From Lama glama (Eukaryota): 64,000 bases of DNA. The notes beneath the pieces are model-generated. The model saw only the letters and a program-made list of their open reading frames with translations, was not told the origin of the DNA and did no database searches. Positions 25,700-36,692 of this stretch are shown here, piece by piece. How positions within the stretch are numbered: the stretch's first letter is position 1; each line of letters begins with the position of its first letter. The stretch lies in assembly GCA_028534125.1 (NCBI GenBank), contig CM052816.1:17982001-18046000 (forward strand). Direction: 5' to 3'. The translations under genes and the position numbers were made by a program.

Positions 25700-26956
25700 A
25701 AAGAATTGGAGAAAGATATACCATACCAATACTAATTTCAAAAAGAATCTGGAGTAGCTATATTAATTGCAAACAAAGTACATTTCAGAGCAATAAACAG
25801 TAGCAGGGATAGAGGGTAATTACATAATAATAATGGACCCAATTCTCTGAAAAGACATAATCCTTAATGTATATGCATTTGAGAACAGAGGATCAAAATA
25901 CATGAGGCCAAAACTGATAGAACTACAAGGAGAAATAGACAAATCAACTATTATAGTCAGAAATTCAATAACCCTTTCAGTTGATAGATCCAAGCAAAAA
26001 TTGGTAAGAATATAGATGAACTAAACAGTACAAAAAAACAGTACCATCAAAAAACAATCAACTGTATCTAACTGGCAATAACAGAACGTCATCCAATATT
26101 AGCAGAACACATATTTTCATTAGCTCACATGGAACATTCACCAAGATAGACCAAATTCTGGATCACAAAACATAACAAATTTAAAAGAACAAAAATCATA
26201 TGAAGTGTGTTTTCACACTATAATGATATTAAACTAGAAATCAACAATAAAATGATAGCTGGATAATCCCAAAACATGGAGATTAAACATGTTTCTAAAT
26301 AAATGTATCAAAGAAGGCATCACAAGGAAATTTTAAAATTTCTGAACTAAATGAAAATGAAAATGTAACATGAAAATTTGTGAGATGCAGCAAAAAGCAG
26401 CATATAAAGGGAAAAAGTACTAAATGCATATACATACATACAATGAAAGGAAAAAGATCTAAAATTAATAATCTATCTAAAGTTTCACTTTAAAAAAAGA
26501 GAAAGTATAATAAATCAAGCCTAGAGCAAGGAGAAAAATAAAAATTAGAGCAGAAATCAATGAAATTGTACAGAGGAAGGAAAAAAGGATTATTTGGCTA
26601 ACCAGGGGGAATAAAAAGAGAAACAGAAACAACTAAGAGCAGATATGAAAGAGGGGTCATCACTACAAATTTCATGGACATTGAAAGAATACTATGAGCA
26701 ACTCTATGCCCCAAAATATGCAAACTCAGATGAAACAGACTAATTCTTTGATAGACACAAACTACTAAAACTCACTCATGGAGAAACAGATAATCTAAAA
26801 AAGCCTCTACCTATCAAAGAAATTCAATCAATAATCAGTGATGTTACAAAAATAAAGCACCAAGCCCATATGGTTTCACTAGTAAATTCTATCAAACATT
26901 TAAGAGTAAAATAATTACAAATCTTTTCCAGAAAATAGAATCAGATGGTACTCTAA

Positions 26957-27443
26957 CGCGATGGTTAATTTTATGTGTCAACAGCTAAACTGTTGCAACC
27001 ACTGCACCCAGTTGTTTGGTCAAACACTAGTCCAGATGTTATTATGAAGGTTTTTGTTTTCTTTTTTAAAGATGTGATTAACATTTAAGTCAGTAGACTT
27101 TGAGTAAAGCAGATTACCCTCAATAACATGGGTGGACTTTATGGAATCAAATGAAGGCCTCAAGAACAAAGACTATGGTTTCCCAAAGAAGGAGGAATTT
27201 AGCCTCAAGATTGCAACATATAAACCCTCCCAGGATTTCTAGCCTGCCTTTCTTGTCCTGCAAATGTTGGACTTAAGACTGAACATCAGCTCTTACCTAA
27301 ATTTCCAGCCTACCAACTTGACCTATAGATTTTGGACTTGCCAGCCCAACCACAGTCTTGTGAATCAATTCTCCCTTTCTCTCTCCCTCTCCATACTGTA
27401 CCCCTCTCCCTCTCCCCACCACATCCCCGATCCTGACCATACA
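26957..27443 (+). mobile_element. MLT2C-like ERVL solo LTR nested in the old L1
   Basis: cgcgatggttaattttatgtgtcaac...agtagactttgagtaaagcagattaccctc...cctgaccataca, flanked by CTAA on both sides. Confidence 0.88.
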
Positions 27444-29149
27444 CTAATGTAGTCTCTCAATTCCAATGAACAATTGGAGTTTTAAAATTTGAAAACACAA
27501 CATCATTTACAACAGTAAAAAAAATGAATTAGTTATATATTTAACAAAATATGTACAAGGTCTATATGCAGAAAACTATAAAAACTCTCATAAAAGAAAT
27601 AAAAGATGATAAAAATAAATGGAGAGACATTCTGTGTTCATGAATAGGAAAACTCGGTATTTCTAAGACATCAATTCTTCAAGGCTTTTCTACAGATCCA
27701 ATGCAATACCAATCAAAATTCAGGTAAACTATATTACAGATATCAATAAACTCATTCTAATGTTTATATGGAAAGGCAAAAGACCCCAAATAGCCAACAA
27801 AATGCTGAAGAATAAAGAGCACTGACACTGTAGATTGTCAAGACGTTCTATAAAGCTACAATATGGAATTGATGGAGAAAAAAAAAGACACAGATCAGTG
27901 GAACAGAATAGAGAGCCCAGAAACAAATTTACACAAATAGAGTCACCTGATCTAGGAATCAAAGGAACTGAATAGAGAAAAAGTCTTTTAAACAAACAGT
28001 GCTGGAATAAGAGGATGTCTAAACCAAATAACAAAAAAACAAAGACCTCTAGACATGACCTTGCACCATTTATAAAAATTAACTCAGAATGCTTTGTAGA
28101 TCTAAATGTAAAATGCAAAACTATAAACTTCTAGGAGAAAATATAGGTGACCTTTGGTTTGATGGTGAGTTTTCTGATGCAACATAAAAAGGTTGATTCA
28201 TTAGGAAAAAAACTTGATAAATTAAATGTTATTAAAATTAAAATCTTCTGGTCTGTAAAAAATACTATTAAAAGAATTAAAAGACAGCCACAAATTGGGA
28301 GAAAACAGTTGCAAAATATGTATCTAATCAATGACTTATAACCAAAATGTAAATGTGCTCAATGATAGGAAAACAAACAACCCAATTTAAAAAATAGTCA
28401 AAAGATCTGAAAATACACCTCATAAAAGAAGATAAGCAGATGGAAAATAACCATATGAAAAGATTTTCAACAATATCTGTCATTAGGGAATTCAAATTAA
28501 AACAATGAGATACTACCCCACACCTATTAAAATGGTGAAAAAAAAGAAAAAGAAAAAACAAAAGCCTGACAATACCAAATGTTGGTAAAGAAGCAAAGCA
28601 ATCAGAATTCTTATTTAGAGCTAGTGGAAATGAAAGAGAGTACTGTCACTTTGGAAGACGGTTTGGCAATTTTTTAATTAAATTAAACATATTCTTACCA
28701 GACAATCCAGGAATCACACTCCTAGGTATTTACTGAACTTAACTGAAAACTTATGTCAGAAAAATCTACAAGTAAATGTTTAACGGCAGCTTTATTCATA
28801 ACTGACAAAAACTGGAAGCCACCAAGATGTTGTTCAATAGGTGAATGAGCAAACAAGCTGTGGTCTGTTCACAATGGAATATTATTTACTGATAAAAAGA
28901 AATAAACAATCAAATCATGAAAAAAAAATAAGAATGAAACTTAAATGCCTATTACTAAGTAAAAGAAGCCAGCCTGAAAAGCCTATGTCCTGTCCTGAAT
29001 AACTCCAGTGATGTGACATTCTGGAAAAGACAAAACTACAGAGGTGGTAAACAGATCAGTGGCTGCCTGGGCTTGAGGGGCAGAGATGGAGGGTTATGTA
29101 GGGGAAGCACAGGGAATGTAGGAAGGTGCAATTATTCTGTATGATTCTT

Positions 29150-29377
29150 TTTTTTTAACATTTTTTATTGATTCATAATCATTTTACAGTGTTGTGTCAA
29201 ATTCCAGTGTTCAGCACAATTTTTCAGTCATTCATGGACATATACACACTCATTGTCACATTTTTTTCTCTGTGATTTATCATAACATTTTGTGTATATT
29301 TCCCTGTGCTATATAGTGTAATCTTGTTTATCTATTCTACAATTTTGAAACCCCAGTCTATCCCATCCCACCCTCTA
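29150..29377 (-). mobile_element. Young 5'-truncated L1 3'UTR, antisense, nested in the old L1
   Basis: Poly-T, then the reverse complement of the same 3'UTR as at 25567 and 58213. 12-bp TSD TGTATGATTCTT at 29138-29149 and 29378-29389. Confidence 0.95.
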
Positions 29378-31737
29378 TGTATGATTCTTGACATTATTTT
29401 CAAAACCCATAGAATTTTACACAACAAAGAGTGAACCTGAATGGAGGCAAATTTAAAACAAAAGAAAAATGTGGTTAAAGAATCCCAGAAAAGAATTAAG
29501 ACTGTGGTAAGAAAAATCTAACTGGATAACAAATACATGGAACTACCCCACTGAAGGGATGAGAGGAAAGGTGCTGAGCTATGTAACTTTGGAGTCTGCA
29601 AAAATAAAGGCAAAAGGAGCTGCACATAAGCACTGTATTCTAGTTGATAAAACTGTTTCCTATAGGGGTTCAGATGAACAATTCAGAAATTGAAATTGAA
29701 CAATTAAGTAAATGGATGATGGGCAGTGGGAGTCAGTTACCTCACTATTCCAGTGGGGATTATAGTAAAGCGAGGGGAGATGGCTGGAACAATCCAGGTG
29801 GTACTAGATTAGAGTTGAAGACATCAGTATGAACTCAGTATTAACATGCCTACAGAGAGGTATGTATGGAAATATTTAAGACAAAAGATAAATGTTTACA
29901 TACACACACGTCTCTTTATCTATCAGCTGACAAGCGACAAGACTGCATCAGCAGTGAACACATCTAGCACCCAGAACTTGATCTGTTATACCATTCTCCA
30001 GGACTCCTTGGAGAAATGGCTGATTCTATTATTAGGGCAGTAAATATATAGGGTGAACCTGGACCTTCTTGAAGGGTCAAAAAGTAAGCGGATGCTCAAA
30101 AAACAAAAACAAACAAAACAAAACCTACATTGATGGTGTGTGTCATAAAGACACAGGAGCCAACAGAAAGAGCTCCCAATGGTCAAAGCCAGAACAATCT
30201 GAACAAGCAAATAAAGTAGTACTGGATTATAACCCAAAGTATAGCATGAACATCCATGAGTCCCTGCTAATATAAATAACTGAACAAATAAATAATTGAT
30301 GGAGAAGAGACAAATTTCCCTTGCAGAAGATGTCCAAATAAATTATGTAGATGCTCCCCTCTCAGGGGGTGGAGAAAGCATAAATTCCCCTCCCTTAAGT
30401 GGGGGCTCCACAGAGTGACCTCCTTCCAAAAAGGATACCAAGGAAAAGGGGAAGGGTAAGTGACTTTACAGTGGAAAATGTGACAAACATTACTCCAGTC
30501 AGGCGATCAGGGTCAACATCAACAGTGATAAACTATGTTGATCACGTCCACCCTCGATATGATGTGATACTGTATCTCAGTGCTCTTCCTCCCCCAAACC
30601 CATAATCCTAACCTAATTAGGGGAAAAACATCAGACAGATCCTTGAGGCCCATCCTACAAAATACGTGAGCACTACTCCTCAAAACTGTTAAGGTCATCC
30701 AGAACAAGAAAAAGATGAGAAACTTTTGCAGCCAAGAGAGGCCTAAGAAGATGGGACATGTAAATGTAACGTGGTGTCCTGGATGGGATTCTGGAGAGGC
30801 ATTTGGTAAAATTAAGGAAATGTGAATAAAGTATGGACTTCAGTTAGCTAACAATATTGTATCAGTATTAGTTCATTAATTGTGACACATGCACCATACT
30901 AAGGTCAGCTAGTAAAATAACTGCAGAAATCAGGTATAGGGTATATGGCAGCTCTCTGAACTGTCTCCTTGGTTCTTCGGTACATCTAACACTTTTTTTT
31001 TTAAGTCTACTTAAAAAAAACAACTCTCCTAGTTCTTTTTCCTTTTATGTAGAGGATCTGAGTCAAGAAAAAGAACCCAGTTCCTCATTCTTTGCCCTAG
31101 TTCTTTTTTTTCCTTTTTTTGTCCCAAATGGTTCCTGCTGCTGCTATGTCTCATCTTGTTCTGCTTCTGCCACCCCTGATTTGATCACCGGGCAGTTCTA
31201 CTAGCTTGGAAATTCTATCACTGTGCTTACTTCTTTCTGTTCTGCTCTCCTGGAACAACACAGAATGAATGTGCTTCCACAAAGTAGTTTTTCAGTCATT
31301 CAAAGCCACTTTTCTGAAGGCTTTCTCCCAGGGTTAAAATTAGGCTAAATAGCCTCTGTCATTCCTCACATGGTGCAATTTCTAAATACCTCCTCACCCT
31401 GGACACTTTTCCATGAATATTTATGTTTGTTAAGAAGAGAAGCCCAGGTATAAATGCATTTTTCCTATTATATTCTGAATAGAATTGAGCAGAATATTAT
31501 TTCTTGGATTGTATTTACTTTTTTCTACTTTTAAAATACGTATCATGTCACTCTGGTTTTAGCTCTCCACTTCAAGAAAGTGAGCTAAATAAAGTTAAGG
31601 CTCCTTTATACAGCCTCCCACTCCTCATTCAAATCATTGCACTGATGAATTTCAAACAATTCATTTAAATTCCATACCTCATCCAGATGTTCTCTCTGAG
31701 ATCAACAGCTGCTCTGATCAGCTTTCTACATGAACCG

Positions 31738-32450
31738 ACAGGTCACGTCCACAACACAACTGAATAAGGCATCCCCTGCTATGTCCCCCCACCCTCAACG
31801 ACAACAACCTGGCATCCATCCACAAAAAAAGGTGTCACTGTGAGAATCATGGGGTCCAGTACCATATGACAAGGGGCCTGAGAGTGGTCTCCCCCACCCA
31901 CGCATCAAGTAATAGGCATACAGACTTCAGGTCCTAGCAAAGAACCCTGCAGCGGTTCATGACCCAGCTCCAGGCCCTTTCAGGTATGGTCCAAGAGGCC
32001 CTGGAAAACCCCATCTTAGGCAGTCACCCATGGACAAGAAAGCCGCTGCAGGAGGCCAGGTTTCCCTTGGAGAAGTCCTGCCAGTGGAGCATCATGAACA
32101 ACAACAAAAGGAGTGTGGACACACTGGAGGCTTTTCCTACATCACCCTTCCCCGAAGGCAGCACAGCTGAGGGCCAGGAGAGATTTTCTGAGTATGATTT
32201 CCTCTCAGGGGAAAGTGAAATCATGCAAGAGAGCATCCAGCCTCCCCGGCTGTGTGAGACACTGCCAAAGACACCCAGTTCTCTCTTCCTTCATCCAAAG
32301 CAGAAGTGGCAATTATGTGAGGTGACTGTTAACTAACCCTACAGCGGTAATCATTTTGCAACACGTAAATGCAGCAAATCAACATGTTGTGCACCTTAAA
32401 CTTACACCATGTTATATGTCAATTATATCTCAATTTAATTGGAAAAAATA
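31738..32450 (+). mobile_element. L1M3-like 5'UTR (~31738-32300) joined directly to an L1MA9/10-like 3' tip (~32301-32450)
   Basis: 5' part resembles recalled L1M3 5'-end motifs (caacgacaacaacctggcatccatccac; catcacccttccccgaaggcagcacagct; ggggaaagtga). 3' part: ttatgtgaggtga...tgttgtgcaccttaaacttacaccatgttatatgtcaattatatctcaat. Confidence 0.75.
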
Positions 32451-34671
32451 GATCACAGGTTACCATTTGAATAAATAATAAATACATAAATAAATAAATG
32501 GACATTTTCCTCAGTGTATAGAGAGCCTTGAACTCATGCCAAGGATGCATAATGAACATACTCAGATACATGTCTTTTGCTCAGCAACGTCCTTTGTGTA
32601 CATTAGCACGATCATAGCTTTCAAACAGGAATATATCGCAATAGTACTTTCCCCAGAGGAGCTAGCTGAAGTATAAAATCTATTGAATTAGCATTATGGA
32701 ATTTGGTGGCTCAAAGTTAGACTTTCATGCTGTGCATGGAACTGAACATAGTGATAAAATAAAACTATGATGGACTAACTCCCAGGGGAATACAGAAACT
32801 ATAGGAGTCGACATGAATGCTGGAATTAATTGCTTACTTTCTGTGTTTCAGAGTCAGCCTTTCTGAACATTGCAGAGAAGTTACTTAGGGATACTGGTAT
32901 TTGGAAAGAAAACATCTTTACCTCTTTGAATGATCATTCTTTCAAGATGTGCCAATCTGAGCCATCCTTGACAACCTCCTTGGAAAGACAGCTCTAGATG
33001 TAAGGTGTACAGTGTCAACACAGAAATTCTGAACATGCTCAATGAAGCTACATATATATCTACTGGATGGATTGCTCAACACTTTGACTTTTTTCAACTC
33101 CTATCATTCAGCTTACATCCTCCACCTTCCTCTGAGCCTGCAGCTCAGTTAGCAATACTATGCTATACTGGTATTGCCTTATCATTTTGTACTGTACAGT
33201 TAGATTCTGTATCATTAACTGTGCCTTGGTTCTTCCTCACTACCCAAACTCTCCTGTTTGGTTGGTTGATCTGCTTATCAGTCTGCCATGTGTTTGCCTC
33301 TAGTGACATCATATGGATAAATAAAATGTCACTTAATGACATGGCAATGATGCTGAGGACTGGAGCTGTATCCTGAGTTTCTTGCTTGTCCCTCTTACCA
33401 TTAGGACTCAAAGGAAACTCAAATACGAGAGTGCTCAGTGGTCCTTTTGAATCTACCGATCTTTTTTGAATTTATCAAACACCTAAATGCTGATCCAGGC
33501 CAAGTCTAAAAGACTCCAAAATAATAAAGCTGATTCATTCAGACACATAACCGATCTCATTTGATTACAGTCATGTATCTGAGTGTCCAGAAAAATGCTT
33601 GTTCTTGAAAGGACTGACAAAATATTGGATTTGGGACAGTTGGTGGCAAATCCAGTTTTATCACTCACCTCTATGTCTGTGCTGAGGGAAGAGAAAGATT
33701 AGTTTCTTCTATTATAAACAATTTGAGGGGCATATGAAGGGGGATAGTCATACTGCTGGGAACTTGCTTGGTTCAGAGAGTCAGGATTAATTGTGTGGGG
33801 TTTGACAGCCCATCCACCTCTGTCTAAGCTTGCAGTAGCTGAAGCTGCCCAGCTGCTAAGTGTCTTTCCGAACAGCTTCCAGTCATCCTTCTTTGCAGAT
33901 CCAGAGGCAGCTCTGATGCTTCAAAAACACAACTACTTGAAGGAGTCTCTGCTGCTCCTCCCTGAGCTGTCAGTGCCCTTGTGAGAAGCAGGCTCTCTGA
34001 GCTGAGATTTCTCCCTCCACTTCTGGTCAGGGAGCCTGCTGTGTGACTGTCACTGCCCCTCGGGGCCAGGCTCCAAGGCGGTGTGATTCTGCTCACCACT
34101 CAGAGAAGTATTTCCAGAAATTAGGCCTGCAAACCTAAAGGATCCTGCGCAAATACATTTGAAGCTTCAAAAATGTCGATTGTTGCTGAAATTCATTTTC
34201 ATGCCTTGCTCAAAGAAACTGGGGATGGCGAATTGATTTTATCTTGTGTGTTGATTGAGATCAATTGCTATGCACTGGTGAACTGTGTGGAGAGAGTCTC
34301 AGGCCATGTCTAAACTCAGGGTAAAAAGGAGCCTGATCAATTAGAGATGTCTGCCAGGAGTAGAAGCCAGCCCCACAGAGGCACTGTGTCTGTGTGATGT
34401 GCCACCATGGACAGAGACTTCTTTGGGCCATGCAATGATTATGAGGCATACTGAACACACTCAGCACCGTCTCAAGTGCACGGAGGAGCTCTGGCACGGC
34501 AGAAGATGCAGTTATTGATCCCAAGGAGACTGTACACAGAACGTGACGTGACGTGTTATTGTCCCTCCCTAACACACACACTCAAGCACGCATGCATACT
34601 CAGTAACACAGATGTTTCGAGTAGATGTTCCACACTGTGCAGTTCCTACACTGCCTGAAAATGTTCTAAGC

Positions 34672-34877
34672 CAGTGTTTTTCCAATTTTAATATGAATGT
34701 CAATCAAGTGGGGAACAGACACTGTTTCAGCAGCAGGTGTGGGCTGGGCCTGAGTTCTACCTTTCCAACATGTTTCAGCAGCAGGTGTGGGCTGGGCCTG
34801 AGTTCTACCTTTCCAACATGTTGCCCCACAATGCCCATGCTGCTGACCCATGAACCAGACTCTGCTACAAACTTCTA
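34672..34877. mobile_element. MER5-like hAT MITE
   Basis: cagtgtttttccaatttt...cagcaggtgtgggctgggcctgagttctacctttccaaca...atgctgctgaccc. Confidence 0.7.
34723..34822. repeat. Perfect 2 x 48-bp tandem duplication
   Basis: Unit TGTTTCAGCAGCAGGTGTGGGCTGGGCCTGAGTTCTACCTTTCCAACA at 34723-34770 and 34771-34818, followed by TGTT. Confidence 0.98.
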
Positions 34878-35350
34878 AACTCGCAAATAGCTTTACATTT
34901 TTCTTGGGATAAAGATGAAACTTAACATGACTGACAAGGTTCTGCATGGTCTTGATGCCATCTCACTCAACAGCCTCCTCCTCCTTCCACACCCTGCCTT
35001 GTTGTTCCAAAGCACTGACATTGGGCTTGATTCCATCCTTTCTACTAGTCAACTGCTGTTCATCTCAGGGCCTTTGCACATGCTGCCTATTCTGTCTGGA
35101 ATGCTTTTTCTCCCCTATTCACCTAGATAAATGCAGATCTCAGCTCAGACACACTTCTTCAGGACAACCTTTCTGCTCCCCCTAACTAGAACAACTCTCT
35201 CCATTATCCACTCTCATAGTACAGGACATTTTTACCTTCAATATGGTGATAATCACCTGATGTCTCTCTCCCTGTGAGAGTATAAACTCTATCAGGGCAA
35301 GGATTGTGTCTGTTTTTCTCACTGGTATGTTCCCAGCACTAAGCACACTG
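34878..35350 (+). mobile_element. L2 (L2a-like) 3' end
   Basis: ctcagggcctttgcacatgctg...ctggaatgct; taaactctatcagggcaaggattgtgtctgttt...cccagcact. Confidence 0.85.
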
Positions 35351-36278
35351 TTTTTTGCTTTCAACTTCTAGACTTTAATTTTCATAGAAATGGCAATCCT
35401 CACAGTAGGTGTTTCAAGAAAATGAAGTCCCTTATCCTCCAAACTGCCCTTCTGGGGCACTAGGCTGGGGACAGGAGGTGAAATGACATTACCACTATTT
35501 GGCAAGAAACATGTTCCTTGGCTGCAGGATGAGACGTGGCTTTGTGTTGTTTCATAATGTTACTGATTAACCCATCTCTTCAACCCTCAAAAGAACTGAG
35601 GACAGTTCTGCCTCTTCCACCTCACAGCAGTTTCTTGAAGGCTTATCTGACTGCCCTCCACTCACTACCCTACTACTGGACTAGAAGTTGTTTCTGTATG
35701 GAAATCAGGTCTCTCCTTATTTCTGCTACTATAAAGTCTTATACACACAGTAGAAACTTAGTACCATAGGAGGCTAAATCAAATCTGTAAACATGTTTAG
35801 GAAAACTTGCAGCCCATGGGAGTGTACAGCCTGGCCCACTACTGTCTTCCCTAAGATTGCCATGATAAAATTGTGATAATTTGCCCTGTGGTTATGTGAG
35901 TGACATAAAATGTCATGTTTCCTTTTTGCACTGGATGTTGGAAAGCTTAGAATCAACTTCTGTGCAAGTGTATCATGATTTACGGCAAGAATTTGTTAAG
36001 CCATCTCAATTTCTTTTCAGATCGAGGCAGGATATAGAAGTGGTAATAAATATTTAGTGAGACGCCTATTAATGCTCACAATTACTAAAATGCTCAACAA
36101 GGGTTAATTCTAATTCTCCTTACCAAAAAGCAAGTTATAGTACCTCATCTTAAGATGAGAAAAAAGAGTGATTATATAACTTATCCAAAGTCAGAGATGC
36201 CAACTCTGGTCAAGACAAAGAAACTGTGGCCCAGAGAGAATAACTAGCTAACTCATGTTTACTTAGCTGATTAGTGAC

Positions 36279-36692
36279 TATATTCATTTCCTAAAACTGC
36301 CACAATCAGTTACCACAAGCTCAGTGGCTTAAAACAACAGAAATTTATCCCCTCAGAGTTCTGGGAACTAAAAGTCCAAAAACAAGGTGTGAGTAGGGTC
36401 TTGCTCACTCTGAATCTTTCTGGCTTCTTTCTAACTTCTGGAGGCTCCTGGCAACCCTGAGCATTCCTTCGTTTGTCGCTGCGTTATTCCAATCTCTGCC
36501 TGTCTTCAAATGGCCTCCTTTCCTCTGCATCTCTCCTCTTCTTACAAGGATTCCAGTCTTTAGTATGGCCCCTCAAATCCAGTAGGACCACATCTAAACT
36601 GAATTAATCACACATGCAAAAACCCTATTTCCAAATATGGTCACGTTCTGAGGCGACATAAATTTGGAAGGTACACCCCTCAATCCACTACA
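36279..36692 (-). mobile_element. MLT1B/C-like MaLR solo LTR inserted into a MIR
   Basis: gtggcttaaaacaacagaaattta...ccctatttccaaata...caatccactaca, with 5-bp TSD GTGAC at 36274-36278 and 36693-36697. Confidence 0.9.

Larger units (their letters stand above)
23085..31020 (+). mobile_element. Near end-to-end old L1 (L1MD/L1MC class) with internal deletions and three nested insertions
   Basis: L1M 5'UTR (aagctgaacaaactgaaaatcaacaactct), ORF1 start ~24060, ORF2 start (atcactttaaatgtaaattgtctaa) ~24600, decayed ORF2 to ~29000, L1MD-like 3'UTR ending ttaaaaaaaa. No intact frame. Confidence 0.9.

Noticed and set aside
31959..32336. Unspliced 125-aa ORF
   Set aside because: It lies wholly within L1 UTR-derived sequence and resembles no protein I know; only the spliced variant is kept as a speculative finding.
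34723..34822. CRISPR-like direct repeats
   Set aside because: Two abutting copies with no spacer, inside a mammalian MER5 element.
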